Both the position numbers and the translations under genes were made by a program. Under the pieces are notes generated by a model that ran no database searches, was not told the origin of the DNA, and saw only the letters and a list, made by a program, of their open reading frames with translations. A stretch of DNA of 64,000 nucleotides from Takakia lepidozioides (taxonomy: Eukaryota > Plantae > Bryophyta), in contig CM060732.1 of the NCBI GenBank assembly GCA_030704615.1, positions 79,608,001 through 79,672,000 on the forward strand, read 5' to 3'. Below, one piece after another: positions 48,001-60,900 of this stretch. The stretch's first letter is position 1, and every line of letters begins with the position of its first letter.

Positions 48001-48220
48001 TCTTTTCCACCACAGTGAGAAGCTGGCCATTGCTTTTGGGCTCATCAGCACACCCCCTGGCACATGCATCCGTATTATCAAGAACCTTCGGGTATGCGGT
48101 GACTGCCACACGGCCACCAAGTTCATCTCAAAGGTTGTTGGGCGAGTAGTTGTTGTAAGGGATGCCAGCCGATTTCATCACTTCCAGGATGGAGCTTGTT
48201 CTTGTGGGGATTACTGGTGA
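45068..48220 (+). CDS. PLS-class PPR protein with E and DYW deaminase domains (organellar C-to-U RNA editing factor)
   Basis: 1050-aa ORF with about 23 P/L/S motifs, PG box ([11 protein letters not shown]), HSEKLA, CGDCH and terminal CSCGDYW. Possible in-frame upstream exons at 43837-43923 and 44537-44844. Confidence 0.96.
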   Translation: MARLNQAHSLAEHQTGHKGSTSTSTTTLERGAREGLNKSSFETCRNVRALCKAGRVREALQILNRRGTLADSNTYVCLLQECIKAKDLEEGKQVHAHIIYSGFEPNLFLLNTLINMYAKCGSVVDAHQVFDGMPERDMFTWNIMITGYAKHGRGREAFKIYERMQQEGVTPSRVTFIGVVNACACLGLLEKGKQVHAEIIEAGIVPDLILETALADMYAKCGSLTDACRVFDNMAQRNVVSWNTMILGYARHGCGREAFKTYDQMQQEGVRPNKVTFICILNACTNLRVLKKGKEVHADIIKEEIAPDIILETALADMYAKCGSLKDARQVFDKMAQRNVVSWNTMIAGYAKHGCGREAFEIYEQMIGKGVTPDKVTFICILSACASLRALEKGKEVHADIIKAGIAPDVILENTLADMYAKCGSVKDAHQVFDSMAERNVVSWNSMIAGYAEHGSGTEALEIYEQMKREGVTPDRVTFTCALNVCTSLGALEKGTVVHADIIKAGIVADIILETALADMYAKCGSINDARQVFDNMARHDVVSWSAMIAGYAEHGCGREAFEIYKQMIWNGGTPDKVTFISVLNACASLGALEKGREVHADMRRSGIAPDIILETALLNMYAKCGSMKDAHQVFDTMSNRDVVSWTVMIAGYAQHGCGWDAFDIYEKMQQQGVTPNRVTYICILTACASLAALDKGKDVHAHISSSEIAPDIVLENTLVDMYAKCGSIKDAHKVFDKMSKRDVISWNVMITGYGQHGFGREALKLFEQMQKEGLKPDSITFTSLLSACSHVGLVDEGCHYFDSISQDHGLTPTMEHFGCIVDLLGRSGQLHEAEDFVNKMPIEPGASVWRALLAACRIHGDVDLAECAAKCLLKWDPQHAATYVLLSNIYAAAGRWDDRAKVRKMMEDTGAKKEPGRSCIEVDKQVHTFVVEDKLHPKIDEIHAELKRLYGPMKEAGYVPDTCFVLHDVEEEQKETSLFHHSEKLAIAFGLISTPPGTCIRIIKNLRVCGDCHTATKFISKVVGRVVVVRDASRFHHFQDGACSCGDYW

Positions 48221-50468
48221 AACATGCAGTATGCATGAAACTACATCCTTAGAAATATGAGGGTGGAAATGTCATAATTTTCGTAAATCTCGACATGAAT
48301 GATGATCAAGGAAGTCCAGTATTCATGTTGTATATCTAAGTAATCATAACTTGCTTGCTTTCTTATCTTTTAAAGAGAGAAACAGGAGCAACCTCTGAAC
48401 GTAGATGCTGGAGGGTTCCAGCTCTGCCCAATTCATGAGAGCCTGAGATGATCGAACAGGGTCTTTTATTCTGCCCAATGGCAGCGAAGATCTGGTCATC
48501 TGTGCCTAGTATTCTACATGGAAGATGTTGGTCTCTCCCGGACATAGAGCTCCCCCTGCTCAACATTCACCAGGATCGAATGTCAATATGGGCCTGGTCA
48601 AGATCACATGTGTTGTTGCATATCTGCCTATGTATCTGAGGGCAGCATCAGACTCGTTTCATTTAAAATACATACGGATCTCATGACTGAGGGGAGAAAG
48701 GCCGGGGCAGCCTTGGATTCAGTTGTTTGCAGACATTCTGAGAGACAGGGCAACACCTTGAGGATTACGACATCTTCTGGGGCAAGGATGGTCTCATCAG
48801 CATCAGAATTTCAGCCTCAAGGGTTATCTGGAGGATTGTCTTCCCGCTCACTGGGAATTCGCCAGCCAAAGGAGAAGAGGTGGACATTAATTGGCAGCAA
48901 ATATACACTGCCCCAGCTTGATGCTGAGCCAAGTTGCAGAACTATGCCGCACAAGGGTGGTTGTGAAGACGTTCAAATTCATCAATAACCGAGTTCAAAA
49001 AAGTTGGGGCCAAAGTTGAAGAAGTCCTACAAAATGGTAGAAGAGTTCAACAAGAGGGACCTATACATGATCTGATGAGCATTAGGGACGGTGTCATTGA
49101 TATAAAGAATCCATAGTGACATCGAAATGTTTGAGCTTGTGCACTCAAAACCGAAGTACCTTGGCTCGCATTACTTGGGAGACCGTAGTAGATGCAGTTC
49201 TTGCAGCTCAACTGTTCAGATCCCTGGGGCCGCTTCCTCTTTGGAGAGGATGCCAAACCCGCACACCCATATATGCCTTTTCCTCTCTTGTGATATGTCC
49301 CTGTCCACAGGTCTCGGATTCAAAGTGGATACAGCTCTTATGGGAATGGTGAATCTGATCTCTTCGCAATCAGGATCATTGATCTTGACTTGGGTGGTTG
49401 ATCCCCTGCCACCCCCTCTGCGCGGGTCTCGAGTTGCCCACTGAGCTTTGTTGGTTTCAATGTTTGCTCCGATTAACCTACAGTTTAATCCAGGGGAATG
49501 GATCTGGGCCTCCGACGACCCTTTCTTCTACTCAGCCAAATGAGGCTGGGCTCCACATAAGCAGCCAATATATCTGCACTTACAGGATCAGTAATAGGGC
49601 TCAGCTGGTTGTGTAGTGATGGACCCATGGCGAAATTGTATAATTTGTTTGCATGGTCACCTAAAATTGGTAGAGCACGACATTGGTCTGCATTACTCTG
49701 CATTTGCTTTTTCTACGTCTTAGTCTTGCTGTTAGGTAAGGGTTAATTGCAGTTTTCTTCAACTAGCCTGATCTGCTACCTTGCTCTGGTTTTATGTGTG
49801 ATGCATGTAAAATCGGCCGCAAGAGAGAGGCAAGGGAAGAAGAGAACATGGATAGTAGGTGCAGATCTGTATTCAGCTAGTCAACGCCTTCAAAAACTCT
49901 TTGCTTGGAAAGTCTTCTTTTTCCTCACAGGGAGGGAAAGGAAATTGGTAAATGGCTCAGATGAAATTTAAAGTAAAAACCTTGTTAGGAATTTGAGAAG
50001 CCAGGAAATTCACCAAGGCGGGCCACCAATGTGTAGTCCATATGGACAAGAGTGATAATTCAAACTGCTCTCCCCTCTCTCTTTCCCGTTTTTGGTCCAT
50101 AGGCACTTCTGCCATTTGGTGACTTGTAAAGTTTCTTGTTTGTGTTATCTATCTCCTTACAACCTGTTAAAATAACAGTGAGTCTTATCCTCTCGATGGT
50201 TTGTGACATCACCAATGTCCACAGTAATGAGCACAAGATCTGACTCTGTCTTCACTTGGAGCACTTGCTGAAGTGCCAGCAAGAACTCTTGGACACTACT
50301 GTCGGATGAAGAATAAGCCACAGAAGTGGCTTGTTACAGATTTAATGATGTTGTCCACGCCTCACTTCAAGGCATGGACTACTCTATGGAGGTGAAGTCA
50401 ACACCACCAACAGTCAAAACTGGCCCAATGAAAGTGCTGTTATGCAACAGCTGACCGCTTCACGGAGA

Positions 50469-51580
50469 CTAGAACAAGTTGATCCCAAACAACTCCCCGA
50501 ATAATACTGCAATACCCAATCCAATAGCTACCAAAGAAGAACCCACAGTGAGACGGTGGGTTATCCAGGGGACTCGCTTTTGCAATGCCTTGCTGAGAGA
50601 GCTTACAAAGGCTGTATAACTGCCCATTGCCACCACAGTTCCTAACAGGAACATTCCTAAGAATGCTGCTCCTGCCACTCGGGAGGGCAGAGAGAGAGCA
50701 GGTAATACCATGAGCAATGCATCTGGCTGTAGCCCATACACAATTCCGGTAAGAAAAGTCGCCGGTCCAACTGATTTCTTTCCTGGAGTTGTGTTTGTGT
50801 CGATAGTCTGCTGGTCTCCTTCTGCTACGGCTTGCACAGCTTGAGGAATGTCTTGTGCTTCCTTGATTCCCACGGCTCCAATGGTAATGAGTGTGAGCCC
50901 CACCACACGGGCTGCCCATGTCTGAATGACATCAAGGTGCAATCTATCATAGTGAACAGTGAGATATCAGTGGGCTGTGGAAGAAATTCTGTGACTTACG
51001 TGTGTAAGAGAAAGACAAAATGAAGAACTTCTTTGACATGCAGGCTACTTCATGAGTGACAGAGGGGGTTCAAAGACAACAGCAGCTGAAGATAAATAGA
51101 CAGAGCTCTCACATCAATTCTGCTTAGGAGAGAAAGAGAACACAACTGTTACTACAACCGTCTCACTGCCAGTAGCAGGGAACTCTGCAGTATGTGACTA
51201 GTCACAAGGGACACTGACCTGTCCTTGAGCAATAGAAAGACAAGGCCAAAGATCATCTGGCCAGCATCATGCCCACAGCCCCACAGGGCACCCACTGAGA
51301 AACTCTCTAGTCTGGAACGTCCGATGCAAAGAGGTGCAAGAGCTGCCAGGTGGTCAGGCCCCGTTAATGTGTGAAGGCCTCCAGCCACCAATCCTGTCCA
51401 GGCACTTGCCAGCAGCCCACTCCCACCTCGTGAAATCTCTCTTGATAAAAGCCCACCACCACTTTGTGCTGCTTGCCCTGCCACAAATTTCTGAGTCTCC
51501 ACTGCTGCCAATGCGACACCATGCCGTCTGCACAGAATAAATGCGACTCCAAGGATGATTGCTGGTAAAATTCTTGGAAC
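50469..51580 (-). CDS. NiCoT / high-affinity nickel-transport-family (CGF1-like) chloroplast membrane protein; first exon unresolved
   Basis: Exons 51580-51219 and 50943-50469 join in frame. Motifs SAWTGLVAGGLHTLTGPDHLAALAPL, GALWGCGHDAGQ, TGIVYGLQPDALLMVLPAL, GTVVAMGSYT. Confidence 0.82.
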
Positions 51581-51625
51581 CTGAGAGTTGCAAGCCTTTG
51601 TTAGTCTCTCTTTCTCTCTCTGCCC

Positions 51626-52090
51626 CCTTGTTTCCAGAATGTGACATGGGTGAGGACCTTGAGGCTGAATTGAAGGACCTACCTTCCCTCGGCACCAGAC
51701 TGAAATTTAAACCCAGGGCAAGGAGTCTACCTTTAAACAATAAACAGATGCAGAGAGGAAAAAGAAATTGTCAATGCTTGATCTGTGGGCGGCCTAAAGA
51801 CAATATCCATTCAGATAGAATGTATGATGAGCCTAAAGACAATATCCATTCTGATAGAATGTATGGGGTATTCTCATCAGAGAGCAACCCTCTTCAGGTC
51901 CAATTGCTGGGCAGCTCACACACAGCAGATGTATGCTTGTGTGAAGGGTTTTCAAGGAACTCCAGAAAGCCCGAACTAATTGTTTATATCAAGGTAAGTC
52001 CCACTATTGAAGTGAGCCCCTCAGAAAGTAGTGCCTGGGTGCAGGGTCTATGGCCACAAGGCTATGGCAAACAACATGAGTACAATCTCT
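51626..52090 (+). mobile_element. Diverged 3' fragment of the (TC)n LINE, antisense to the NiCoT-like gene
   Basis: [26 protein letters not shown] matches the LINE C-terminus; ends TGAGTACAATCTCTC; preceded by (TC)n at 51605-51620; contains an internal 39-bp duplication. Confidence 0.85.
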
Positions 52091-52641
52091 CCCTCCCTCC
52101 CCCATCTCTCCCGGAACTACAACTGCAACTGCTTGAACTTGACTTTTGTAGAACTGGGGCATGAAAGTTCATTAAGGCGAGTCTATGAGAAGTAGAACAA
52201 GTTATAGCTTGAAGCACTGAGTCTCCACAGCTGTGCATGAAGAGAGATTTGATGAAGGCCCATCCTGTGAGTCTTCTTATTGTGTGCCCAGCCTACTAAG
52301 AACTACTTATTGGCCAAGCGTGCAGTATACTGGCTCGTACTACCTGAACATCATAGCATTTGCATTCCATGCATTGGCTTTTGAGCGCTCAAGAAAGTCA
52401 CATACAACGACTGCAAGCTTGAATACCTTTCTGTCAACAGAGCACCCTATTCGCACTTCTTTGCTATCAGCAGTCAGTGATGTTTATGTAGCCACTCTTG
52501 ATGTGATCACTAAAGGACTGGGCAAAGTGGCTTGTTTAAATAAAACTAGCCAGTTCAAACAGGCAGGAGAAACGTCACCCATCTGGATGCACTTCCCAAT
52601 TGCCCCACGCAAGAAAACCTGCCAAGCATGGATAGAAAGTA

Positions 52642-54626
52642 CCTTGGCAAGAGCCACGAAGAGGGTGTCACTGACACCAGTTGTACTACACAACCGTTGC
52701 CTGACTGCTGGTAACATGCTACAGTTGTGTACGACCTCCACCTGCATAGCCATGAGATAGCTTGTTTAAGATGACCTTCCACATCTCTGGTTTGGTGTCT
52801 TTTGATGTGGTTTCCTTCATTCTACTTTGTCCCATAAGCCCTGTTGCACATGCTGTTAGAAAAATTTGGACAGATCTTCCTCTTCCTCCAGAAGACAGAC
52901 TACACTATTCCTCAAAGATTATCCAAGACAACGATATAAAAAACATACAGGTTCAGCTCTCTCCAACAATTTGTACATCATGTCTGTCACCTTTGGACAT
53001 AGCAGACACGACCGCTACCTGGCGGATCAAAGGATCCTCGACGATGATCTTGGCCACTCTTTGTATCCTTTCACAGGAGCCAAGACAAGTTCCACTACAA
53101 TTACATGTCTCCCCATGGGCCAGAATTTGCTCCTGGTCCTCCCGCATGACCATATCCAAGTCTGCCAAAGCATGGGTTTACAATGTCAAAAAGTCATGAT
53201 CAAAAACTTGATCTGTGCTTCAGATGGAATTTCAAACATTAAAAAGCTTGGAGTCCACATTTCAAGTACCTTTGGCCGATCTAACTCCCACTGCTCATTG
53301 AATGGATCTTCAAGTAGTTACACTTAATGTTTGCATCGGATATAGGTGAGAAGAGAACCAGTAACTGAAAAAGAGACAAATCTCCAATTTCACAACATAA
53401 TAAAATACTCGCAACACCTCATTGGGCTGGACAGACCTGCAAGAGCTGCCTGGATACCCATCCTGCCTCTTCTGTTGATTCCATGAAGCCCTGATCTGTA
53501 ACCAACACATAGAAACAGCTTGTCAAGCAAAGAACTCAAAAAAGTCTCACAACTGTGATCCTTTAGGTTTCTTGACATGCCAGCTGTAAATGTCAGCCAT
53601 GCTACCCCAAGAGGGTTTTTGTTCAACCTTTCTCCATGAACAAAAGCCACTATTCCAGGTGGACGGAAGGACTAATAATGGGTTTAAAGAATCCGATCAG
53701 GAACAATTGGCAACATGCTGTCAAGAGAAACCAGCAGGGGAGGATACATTTTCCTCATTCCTTCTTGCACGTACAATTTCCATCACATATCCCAGGATGC
53801 GGAGTTCACTGGGAGGAACAAAGATTTATAACTTACTTTTTAATCACATCTAAAATTGGGGGAGAAGGAACAAGATAAGCCCAAAAAGTTTCTGATTCGA
53901 TCAGCTTGAAGCCTCCAGGGTTTGGACAAGTGGACCACCATAGGCATTGCCTAAATATTGCTGCATTATTGACATAGTCATACCTCTGCTGACTGGTTGC
54001 AGTCCAGAAAAAAAAATCCATTCCACATCTAACGCTCACCTAAAACGAACCTCGATGGTTAATTGAGCCTGATATCACCTCAATGTGATCATAACATCAC
54101 AACGTTTTGGGTGCTAGGCGTGATTGTTTTGCAATTACTGCCAAGCTCCCAGGTTAAGATCCACCCTTCACGTCCCAACAAGAGCCCCTTCCATATCCTC
54201 ACCAATGACGTACACAAACTTCCCCTCTGCCATCCAAGCAGCTGCCATCCCCCTCGACAATCTACCTCTCTGTACTCACCCCCGCCAGCTGCTTGTACAA
54301 AGCTCTTCAGGGCCTACGCTCTACATATACCTATACAAGTATTAGCTATCTACATCTCTCTAGCCCGTCCATCACCCATCTCTTGACTTGCAGAAAATTC
54401 TGGAAGCTTACCCAGGTAACCGAACACGATATGAAATTCCAAGAACACCACTGAAGGACCTCAAAGCAGGGAGACCGACGGAAACCGTCCGCGCCCGAGA
54501 GAAATATGAAAAACCCCCAACGCGTGCTTGCATCAGAGATCCCGAGCCATGATGATATGGTGCTGCCTTCGAGACAATGGCAGGGGACGAGGCCTCGAGA
54601 ATCCCGTGGGAGAGAGGTAGCACCAT
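52642..54626 (-). pseudogene. Partial, internally deleted genomic duplicate of AK-HSDH
   Basis: Paralogues of exon 1 (54626-54412), exon 2 (53495-53437) and exon 3 (GTCLGSCERI..VVSAMSK, then a frameshift), followed by a jump to the ACT exon (VEVVHNCSML..LFVALAK). Intron sequence is also conserved (GGAGTCCACATTT(T)CAAGTACCTT at about 41549 and about 53250). Confidence 0.85.
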
Positions 54627-57600
54627 GACTGCCTCCACTTCCCCTCCCAACCAAATCCTTGACAAGTCACCACGCAAGCCTGCAGCTGCTACACAGGCCC
54701 CCCGCCCGCATTGAGACCGGCTTTTATCGAAGAGCGCATGGCAGCTCTCCAGCACAATCCTGCCACGCTGATCACCACGACACGACCACAACGACGACCA
54801 CCCGAACCTAAAACAAGCCTTTGTCGAACCTACCTCGAACGTAACCTTACCCTGCACCATGCCTGCACCGAACCTGATGTATATTGCTGATTTACAGCAC
54901 ACAAAATAAATAAGCACATTATACATACCTAATTATCTTCACTGTCAGCTAAACTATTCAGTCTATCTGTATTAGGCTATTTGTATTTTAATTGTTTTTT
55001 AGTTTTCTTTTTTCCAGGAAAGTATATTTTAACTTATCAGCGGGAGTGGAAACTTTATAGAAAAAATTAATTACAATTACAATTTATTTTATTTTACTTT
55101 TAACGGGAAAACGAACTTTTATAGAGGAATTATCGAGTTATTTTTTATTTTTAGTTATATATATATTTGGTTAACATATTTTTTATTTGGTAGGACTATG
55201 TTTCTAAGAGAAAAATTATAAAGTAAATAGTATTGTATATTTTCTATCAGTTCAGCGTGTGGCCCAAATGATAATTTTAAAACAGTTAATTGTTTTCCTA
55301 TTTTATCCCAATTTTTAAATACAATTAACATATTCTAGACTTGCTCGTTTTTTCAAGAAAGAAAAGTCTTATGTACTTAAAAGAGATTAAACTAACTTCT
55401 AAGACTGAAAACAAAGCTCAATGCCCTTGGTTTTACAAAAACAGAAAAACAAAAAAGCCAAAAAAAACCTATAAAATAAAATTAAATAAAACAATATTGG
55501 TCTCTGCCAAAAACCAAAGGGGGGGTTAGCGATGCCTGAGCGACCTCCAAACGCCGCGCGTAGCGACAAAAATACACTACAGTGCCCGGGGCACGCCGGG
55601 GGCAAGTTGCGACATCGGTCCGACGTCGCTCCCGGAACGTCGCAGATTAGCGACCTCAGGGAATCGCTAATACCCCGGCCCCCTGGACACACGACCTGCG
55701 TTGGCGGAATGACGCCACCCCTCCGGGCAGTCGCAATATTGCGACTCCCGGGAGTTGCTACTAAGGGCTAGGAGGGGGGTCCATCCCTCCCCCTGTGTCA
55801 TGGGGCAGTCGCAAGGATGTCGCCCATCAAAAGGTATGGTGTTCTCTGGGGTTTTAACTTTTTCCCCTTCCAATAAGTTTTAATAAAATTACCAGGGCCT
55901 CTGTTCGCAGTCTGTGACTCTGTCCCCTGTTCATTAAAAAGATTTCAAAAACAAAAAGGAAAAATCAAAGATTCAATTTTATTATGAAAATTAATTATAC
56001 ATAATTACTATAAAGGCGAGATGATACGTGGCAATAATGAGGGCCCTCAATACAATGGCTTACTGACAGTAACGACAAGTGTCAGAATGACCTTTACATC
56101 CTCTCGTTTCCACATTCATCCGGTTTCAGACGGCGGTACTATCTGGATGAATGTTCCGTACAGAAGTCATCTCGGCAGAATGCCCCGTGTCGGTTTGACA
56201 GCTTTCCGGTCGGATAAGCCAAAAATATACTTCCGATTGGCTTAGAAATTAAAAATAGATGAAAAAACAGAAAGCATTTGTCTTATTAAATTAAACAAAT
56301 ATAAAAACCAAAATCTAATAATGCCGCCAATGTATGCCGGATGATGAGGATGGATAAGTATCATCCACTTTCTGAAGCCCTAGCCAGAGCAAATCATGGA
56401 TGCAAAGGGCGCTGTATGGATGGATGACGATGGTTATCATCCAGTGTCTGCAGCAGCCCTACCAGCATAGCTTCAAGAGAAAAGCGAGGCCCTGAAGCGG
56501 TGGGCCCTTGGCTCCTTCCTTGGTTCTCCTCATCAGTTCTGCGATTGGGGAATTCTTCCTGTTTGTCTGGTGAATGCATCTAGGAGGGAGACAGTTCTGC
56601 GATTATAATTATGCCGGGATCGGCTTTCTGCGCTTCAAAGGAGCGTGTGGGACTGACTGTGCTCCGCAAACAGGCAATTGATTGGTATTGTTTCCTCACA
56701 GCTGCAGAGAGAGAGATTAGGTCTGTGATCTTGCTCTTCTGAATGATTTGATAGAAGCATAGGCAGCCTCTAGGAATCAGGTTGCCTGGTAAATCGTGAC
56801 AATTTACAGGAAGTGATATTGTGGCATTAGAGTTGTTACTTTGAAGCCTTCTCTTAAATTTTGGCATTTTCTGCCTTTTCTCCTTTGTGCGCACAGTGTG
56901 TTCACATCATTTGGTGTTAGTGGAGGTGCTCGTCGTTTATTCAACATTCCTCATCTTTGTATATTTGCAATGCGCATCAACTCCGTTCTGTTTGCGTCTC
57001 CTCGACCACCATATGGCGTCCTTCTTCCCTCTTGGTTAGGGTATTAGTTTGCTTTGAGGGGGTCTAGCGTAAGCTGGCAGATCATTAAAGTGTCCCCAAG
57101 TGCTCACGTATGTTTTTTGTTGCAAACTTTGACCATACCTTGTTCATTCTTTCTCTGCAAGTTGAAGCCTCTGTCACTTAAAAATTCCGGCTTGGCGGGA
57201 CTCAGTTTTGAGAATTGTGGTCCGCTGTTGCACATGTAAAGAGGGTGCCATATATTCACAGGCGGCAGTGTGTATTCGAAGGGCATGGTCGAAGAAGGTC
57301 TCCACAGTAATTGTATCTGAGGAGTCAGGCAGTGAAATCTGCAATTGTGGTTGATTCGTCCTTGGCCAAAGAGAGTCCCTGCATTCCATAGTGTCACGTA
57401 ACTCATATCTTGAATGAAGATTCGCAAGTAGCAGATCTTTCCCGCCTCCATCTTTTTTGAGTAAGGAGGGGCTCTAGGAAGGATTGACAGAAAGACTGCT
57501 GTTGTGGGCAACCAATTTGTTTCTGTTGCAGTGGGCAAAAATCATGGCCAACACTGTGAGGAAAGTGACATCAAGTTATGGCTCTTATCTGTGGTCGACC

Positions 57601-57930
57601 TGGAGCTGACTCGAGATGACTGACGCACTGCACGCCGGGCGCTGTTTGTGACATTGTTTTTCTTCTTTCAACATTCTGTCAATAAACGGATGGAAAGTAT
57701 AAATTTCTCCAAAGTTTGTTCTGTTCCATCTGACAAGGTTATTACAGTGTGTTGGCGGAGAGGGGACTCCAGCTGAAGCCAGCAGAAATTAGAGCCACCT
57801 TCCCTATTGTGTTGACAAAAGCTCTTTAAGCTCAAGGAAGACATTCAAGCAAAACTGAATTGAGGAAGGGCAATACCTGGATCAGATTGATCGAAGGTTA
57901 TGTGTTCCGGACTTGTGCAAAGACAACAGC

Positions 57931-60900
57931 ATGTTTCCCAACAAGCCAGAAACCCCACAAACAGGGGCCATAGGTGGAGCCTCTTCTGTGCCACCATTAA
58001 TCGATTTTGGAGATGATGACAATTCCTCTTTCTTCAGTTCCCTCCCAGACACCATTGCTGGAGTGGTTGGACTGTTTGATCCCTTCAATTGGATGAGTGG
58101 TCCTGACACAGAGGGGTCAACCTCTAAAAGATCATCTTTGGAAGGTTCTCTGTGTGAGACGCCACCGGCTAGTGCCAACCTGAACATTATCAGCAATGCC
58201 ACGAAAAACACCCAAACTCAACATAGTGCAGTGGGCATGGATTTACTTACAGGTGTGTTCCCTGAAGCGACTGCTCTTCCCTCTTCTGGCTTCAACTCCG
58301 TTCCAGTCTCCTCTCCTCAGACAGATTTATTGACAGGATCAGGGTTTTTGGATCCCCTTTCTCCAGAGAAACCCTCTTCTTCAAGCACAAGTGTGCAGCT
58401 GGGTGCGGGGACCACAGTGGCTGCCCCCTGGAGGGGAAGTGAGGACAGTGGGGTGAACTCGCTTAGCCTGCAGGCGTCAAGAATTGAAGTTTCTGTGGCC
58501 AGTCAGAATGCAGAAGCATCAATGGTGTCTGCCAAATTAGCTTCTGCAGTAGTTCATGAAAGTGAGCCTTCTGAGAGAATAAGAGGTCCTCCAGACACAA
58601 AGGTGGAGGGACCTACCCCTCAGCAGTTTCCAAAACCCCTGCAGCCTTCAGTACCCACTCGCCGCAGTCCAAGGTATCCCTCAAGAGGACCTGTGAATGT
58701 CACGGATCCTAATCAACCAAGGCCATCTGATGAATTTCTTGCTTCTAGGGGAGGAAAGGGAGTGTACAGAGCACCCTACAGAGGGGTCTTAAACCCCAGC
58801 TACCCGGTATCCCTGCAACTTCGACCTCACCCTTTGAATGAGACACAGAGAAATCAGGCAACGAAAACAATTCTTTGCACTGACAGCTCCTTGTGGGCGG
58901 CCAGTGACTTTGGGCTTCAGGTCTGGGACATTAGCAGCGCAACTGGACGGTCTAGCGAAGGCATTGAAAATTTGGTTGGAGATGAAGATGCTGCTGCTTA
59001 TCGTGTCCTTGCTGTTCATGGGGCACCTACATTATGCCTGGCTATGGATGTGGCCAACCAGATTGTTTGGAGTGGGCACAGGGATGGCAAAGTAAGAGGT
59101 TGGCCTATGCAAGTTGGGGCTGAGGACCCTGAAAAGTGGGATGCTGTTTACCCGATCCTGGTGTGGGAAGGGCATGAAACTCCTGTGACTGCAATTGTAG
59201 TCACTTCTTATGGTAGGCTCCAAAGCATGCAGACCCTGTCATTTGTTTTATCGCAGAATTTGAGAAAATGCCAAAGACGATGATGGGTAATAGAGATCTT
59301 TTATAGAACAGCTGGCTTTGAGCTGCTCGGCATGGAAGCTGGCCAAGGTGTGTTGCCTGTCTGTCCTTGTGTATCTCTCTTCTGTTTTTTGTCTGCACAT
59401 TGGGTGTGGGTGTGCTTTAAAACAGCTTAGCATCTTGTTGGCATTCAGGTGAGATCTGGACGGGATCAGAACATGGATCAATGAAGGCATGGCCTTGGGA
59501 AGTGGTATCCTGTGGCCTAATAAGTGCCAGGGCAAAAGAGGGATATTCTGCAGCTGACTTCGTGGCTAGATCATCTGTGGCTCTGAGGGGTCTGGTTGGT
59601 GCAAATAGTCCCTTTCAGACTGAAGTACGTTTTCTGGTGGGTGATCACCCAAATGGGCGTGTTTGGGCTGGAGGAATTTACTACATAAGTCTCTGGTATG
59701 TACCTCCTCAAGTTGCTGTCATTCTTTTCTCTGATACAACCCCAACCTGGCAAATCCCGTGGTGTCTTGTAGATTATTGATTTGAAGCCCCTCAATTTTT
59801 TTGGTGGGTGCTTGTGTCTCTCTACCCCCTCAGAAACACTCTTTCTTGCACCTCTCTGTCATGAATTTGAGTGTAGAGAGTCATTACCTGCCTTGGTCTG
59901 AATTCGAGACCTGACTTTTCTCTTCGAATCTTCGCAATGGCAAAGGTTTTTCTGTAGCAAACCTGGAATATTCTCATGTGGGAGCTTTCAGTAATTGCCC
60001 CCATGCCGCTCAACTATCATCCCTTCTCCCCAAGTTCTGCCCCCTCTCTTGCTCCCTCCAAACTGGGCATGGGCCAACAAATATAGTGGAAAAGTCTAAG
60101 GAGTGAATCTCTCCTTTGATCAATGCTTCGCCATCAACATGCGGCTTCTCTTGGACAGAATTTTATGCTGTTCTTGCATAAACACAAATTCATTTCCTGG
60201 ATAGAACTTCATGCATGTTCGTTCCCCATCTTTGTAATGCAGGGATGCAAGGACCAGGGAGTTGTTGAAGATACTTGGAGCAAGTGTTCATTCAGACCCC
60301 ACTTTTCTGAGTCAGGAGTTAGCACAGGGAATTGACCTTACGTCAGAGGAGGTTCTGGTGTCTAAAAAGGATAAGGGCCTTGGAGGCTGGCTGCAACGTT
60401 CTAGGAATGTTTTAATGGGGGCAGCAGATGCTGTTCGTCGTGCTGCAGACAGAGCTGGACAGAGCTCAGAGGAAGGTAGACGGTTGGAGGCCCTGGTGGC
60501 ATCAGCTGATGGGACAGTTTGGGGAGCATTGGGTAATGGGCTTATTGTCCAGTGGGATGGACAAGGCAATCGCTTGGCAGATATGCCAGTAGCACCAGTT
60601 CCAGTGAAGTGCATGTTGGCTGTTGGGAATCGTCTGTGGGTGGGGTATGCTAACGGCAGGGTTCAGGTTAGTAGTCATCTGCAAGTGGCCCTGCTGTCTG
60701 TTTGTCTCATGCTACGTCTAAGTGTCTTCTAGAGTACATCTTCAGTACTAGGGCAATCTCGTTTTTTAAGGTAAATCCCATTACTTGAAGGCCTCCATTG
60801 GGCCCTCATTCTGCTCCTTCTGTCACTCTTAGCAGCCTCTTCCCCTCATTTGCTTCATGCCAGACACTGGATCTACCTTCACAAGGTTGCACGGAGCAAA

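Noticed and set aside
45281-48149. Repeating antisense and alternate-frame ORFs in the PPR gene
   Set aside because: Shadows of the repeated PLS coding units.
48360-49970. Short ORFs downstream of the PPR gene
   Set aside because: No recognisable motifs or consistent exon chain; likely UTR or intergenic sequence.
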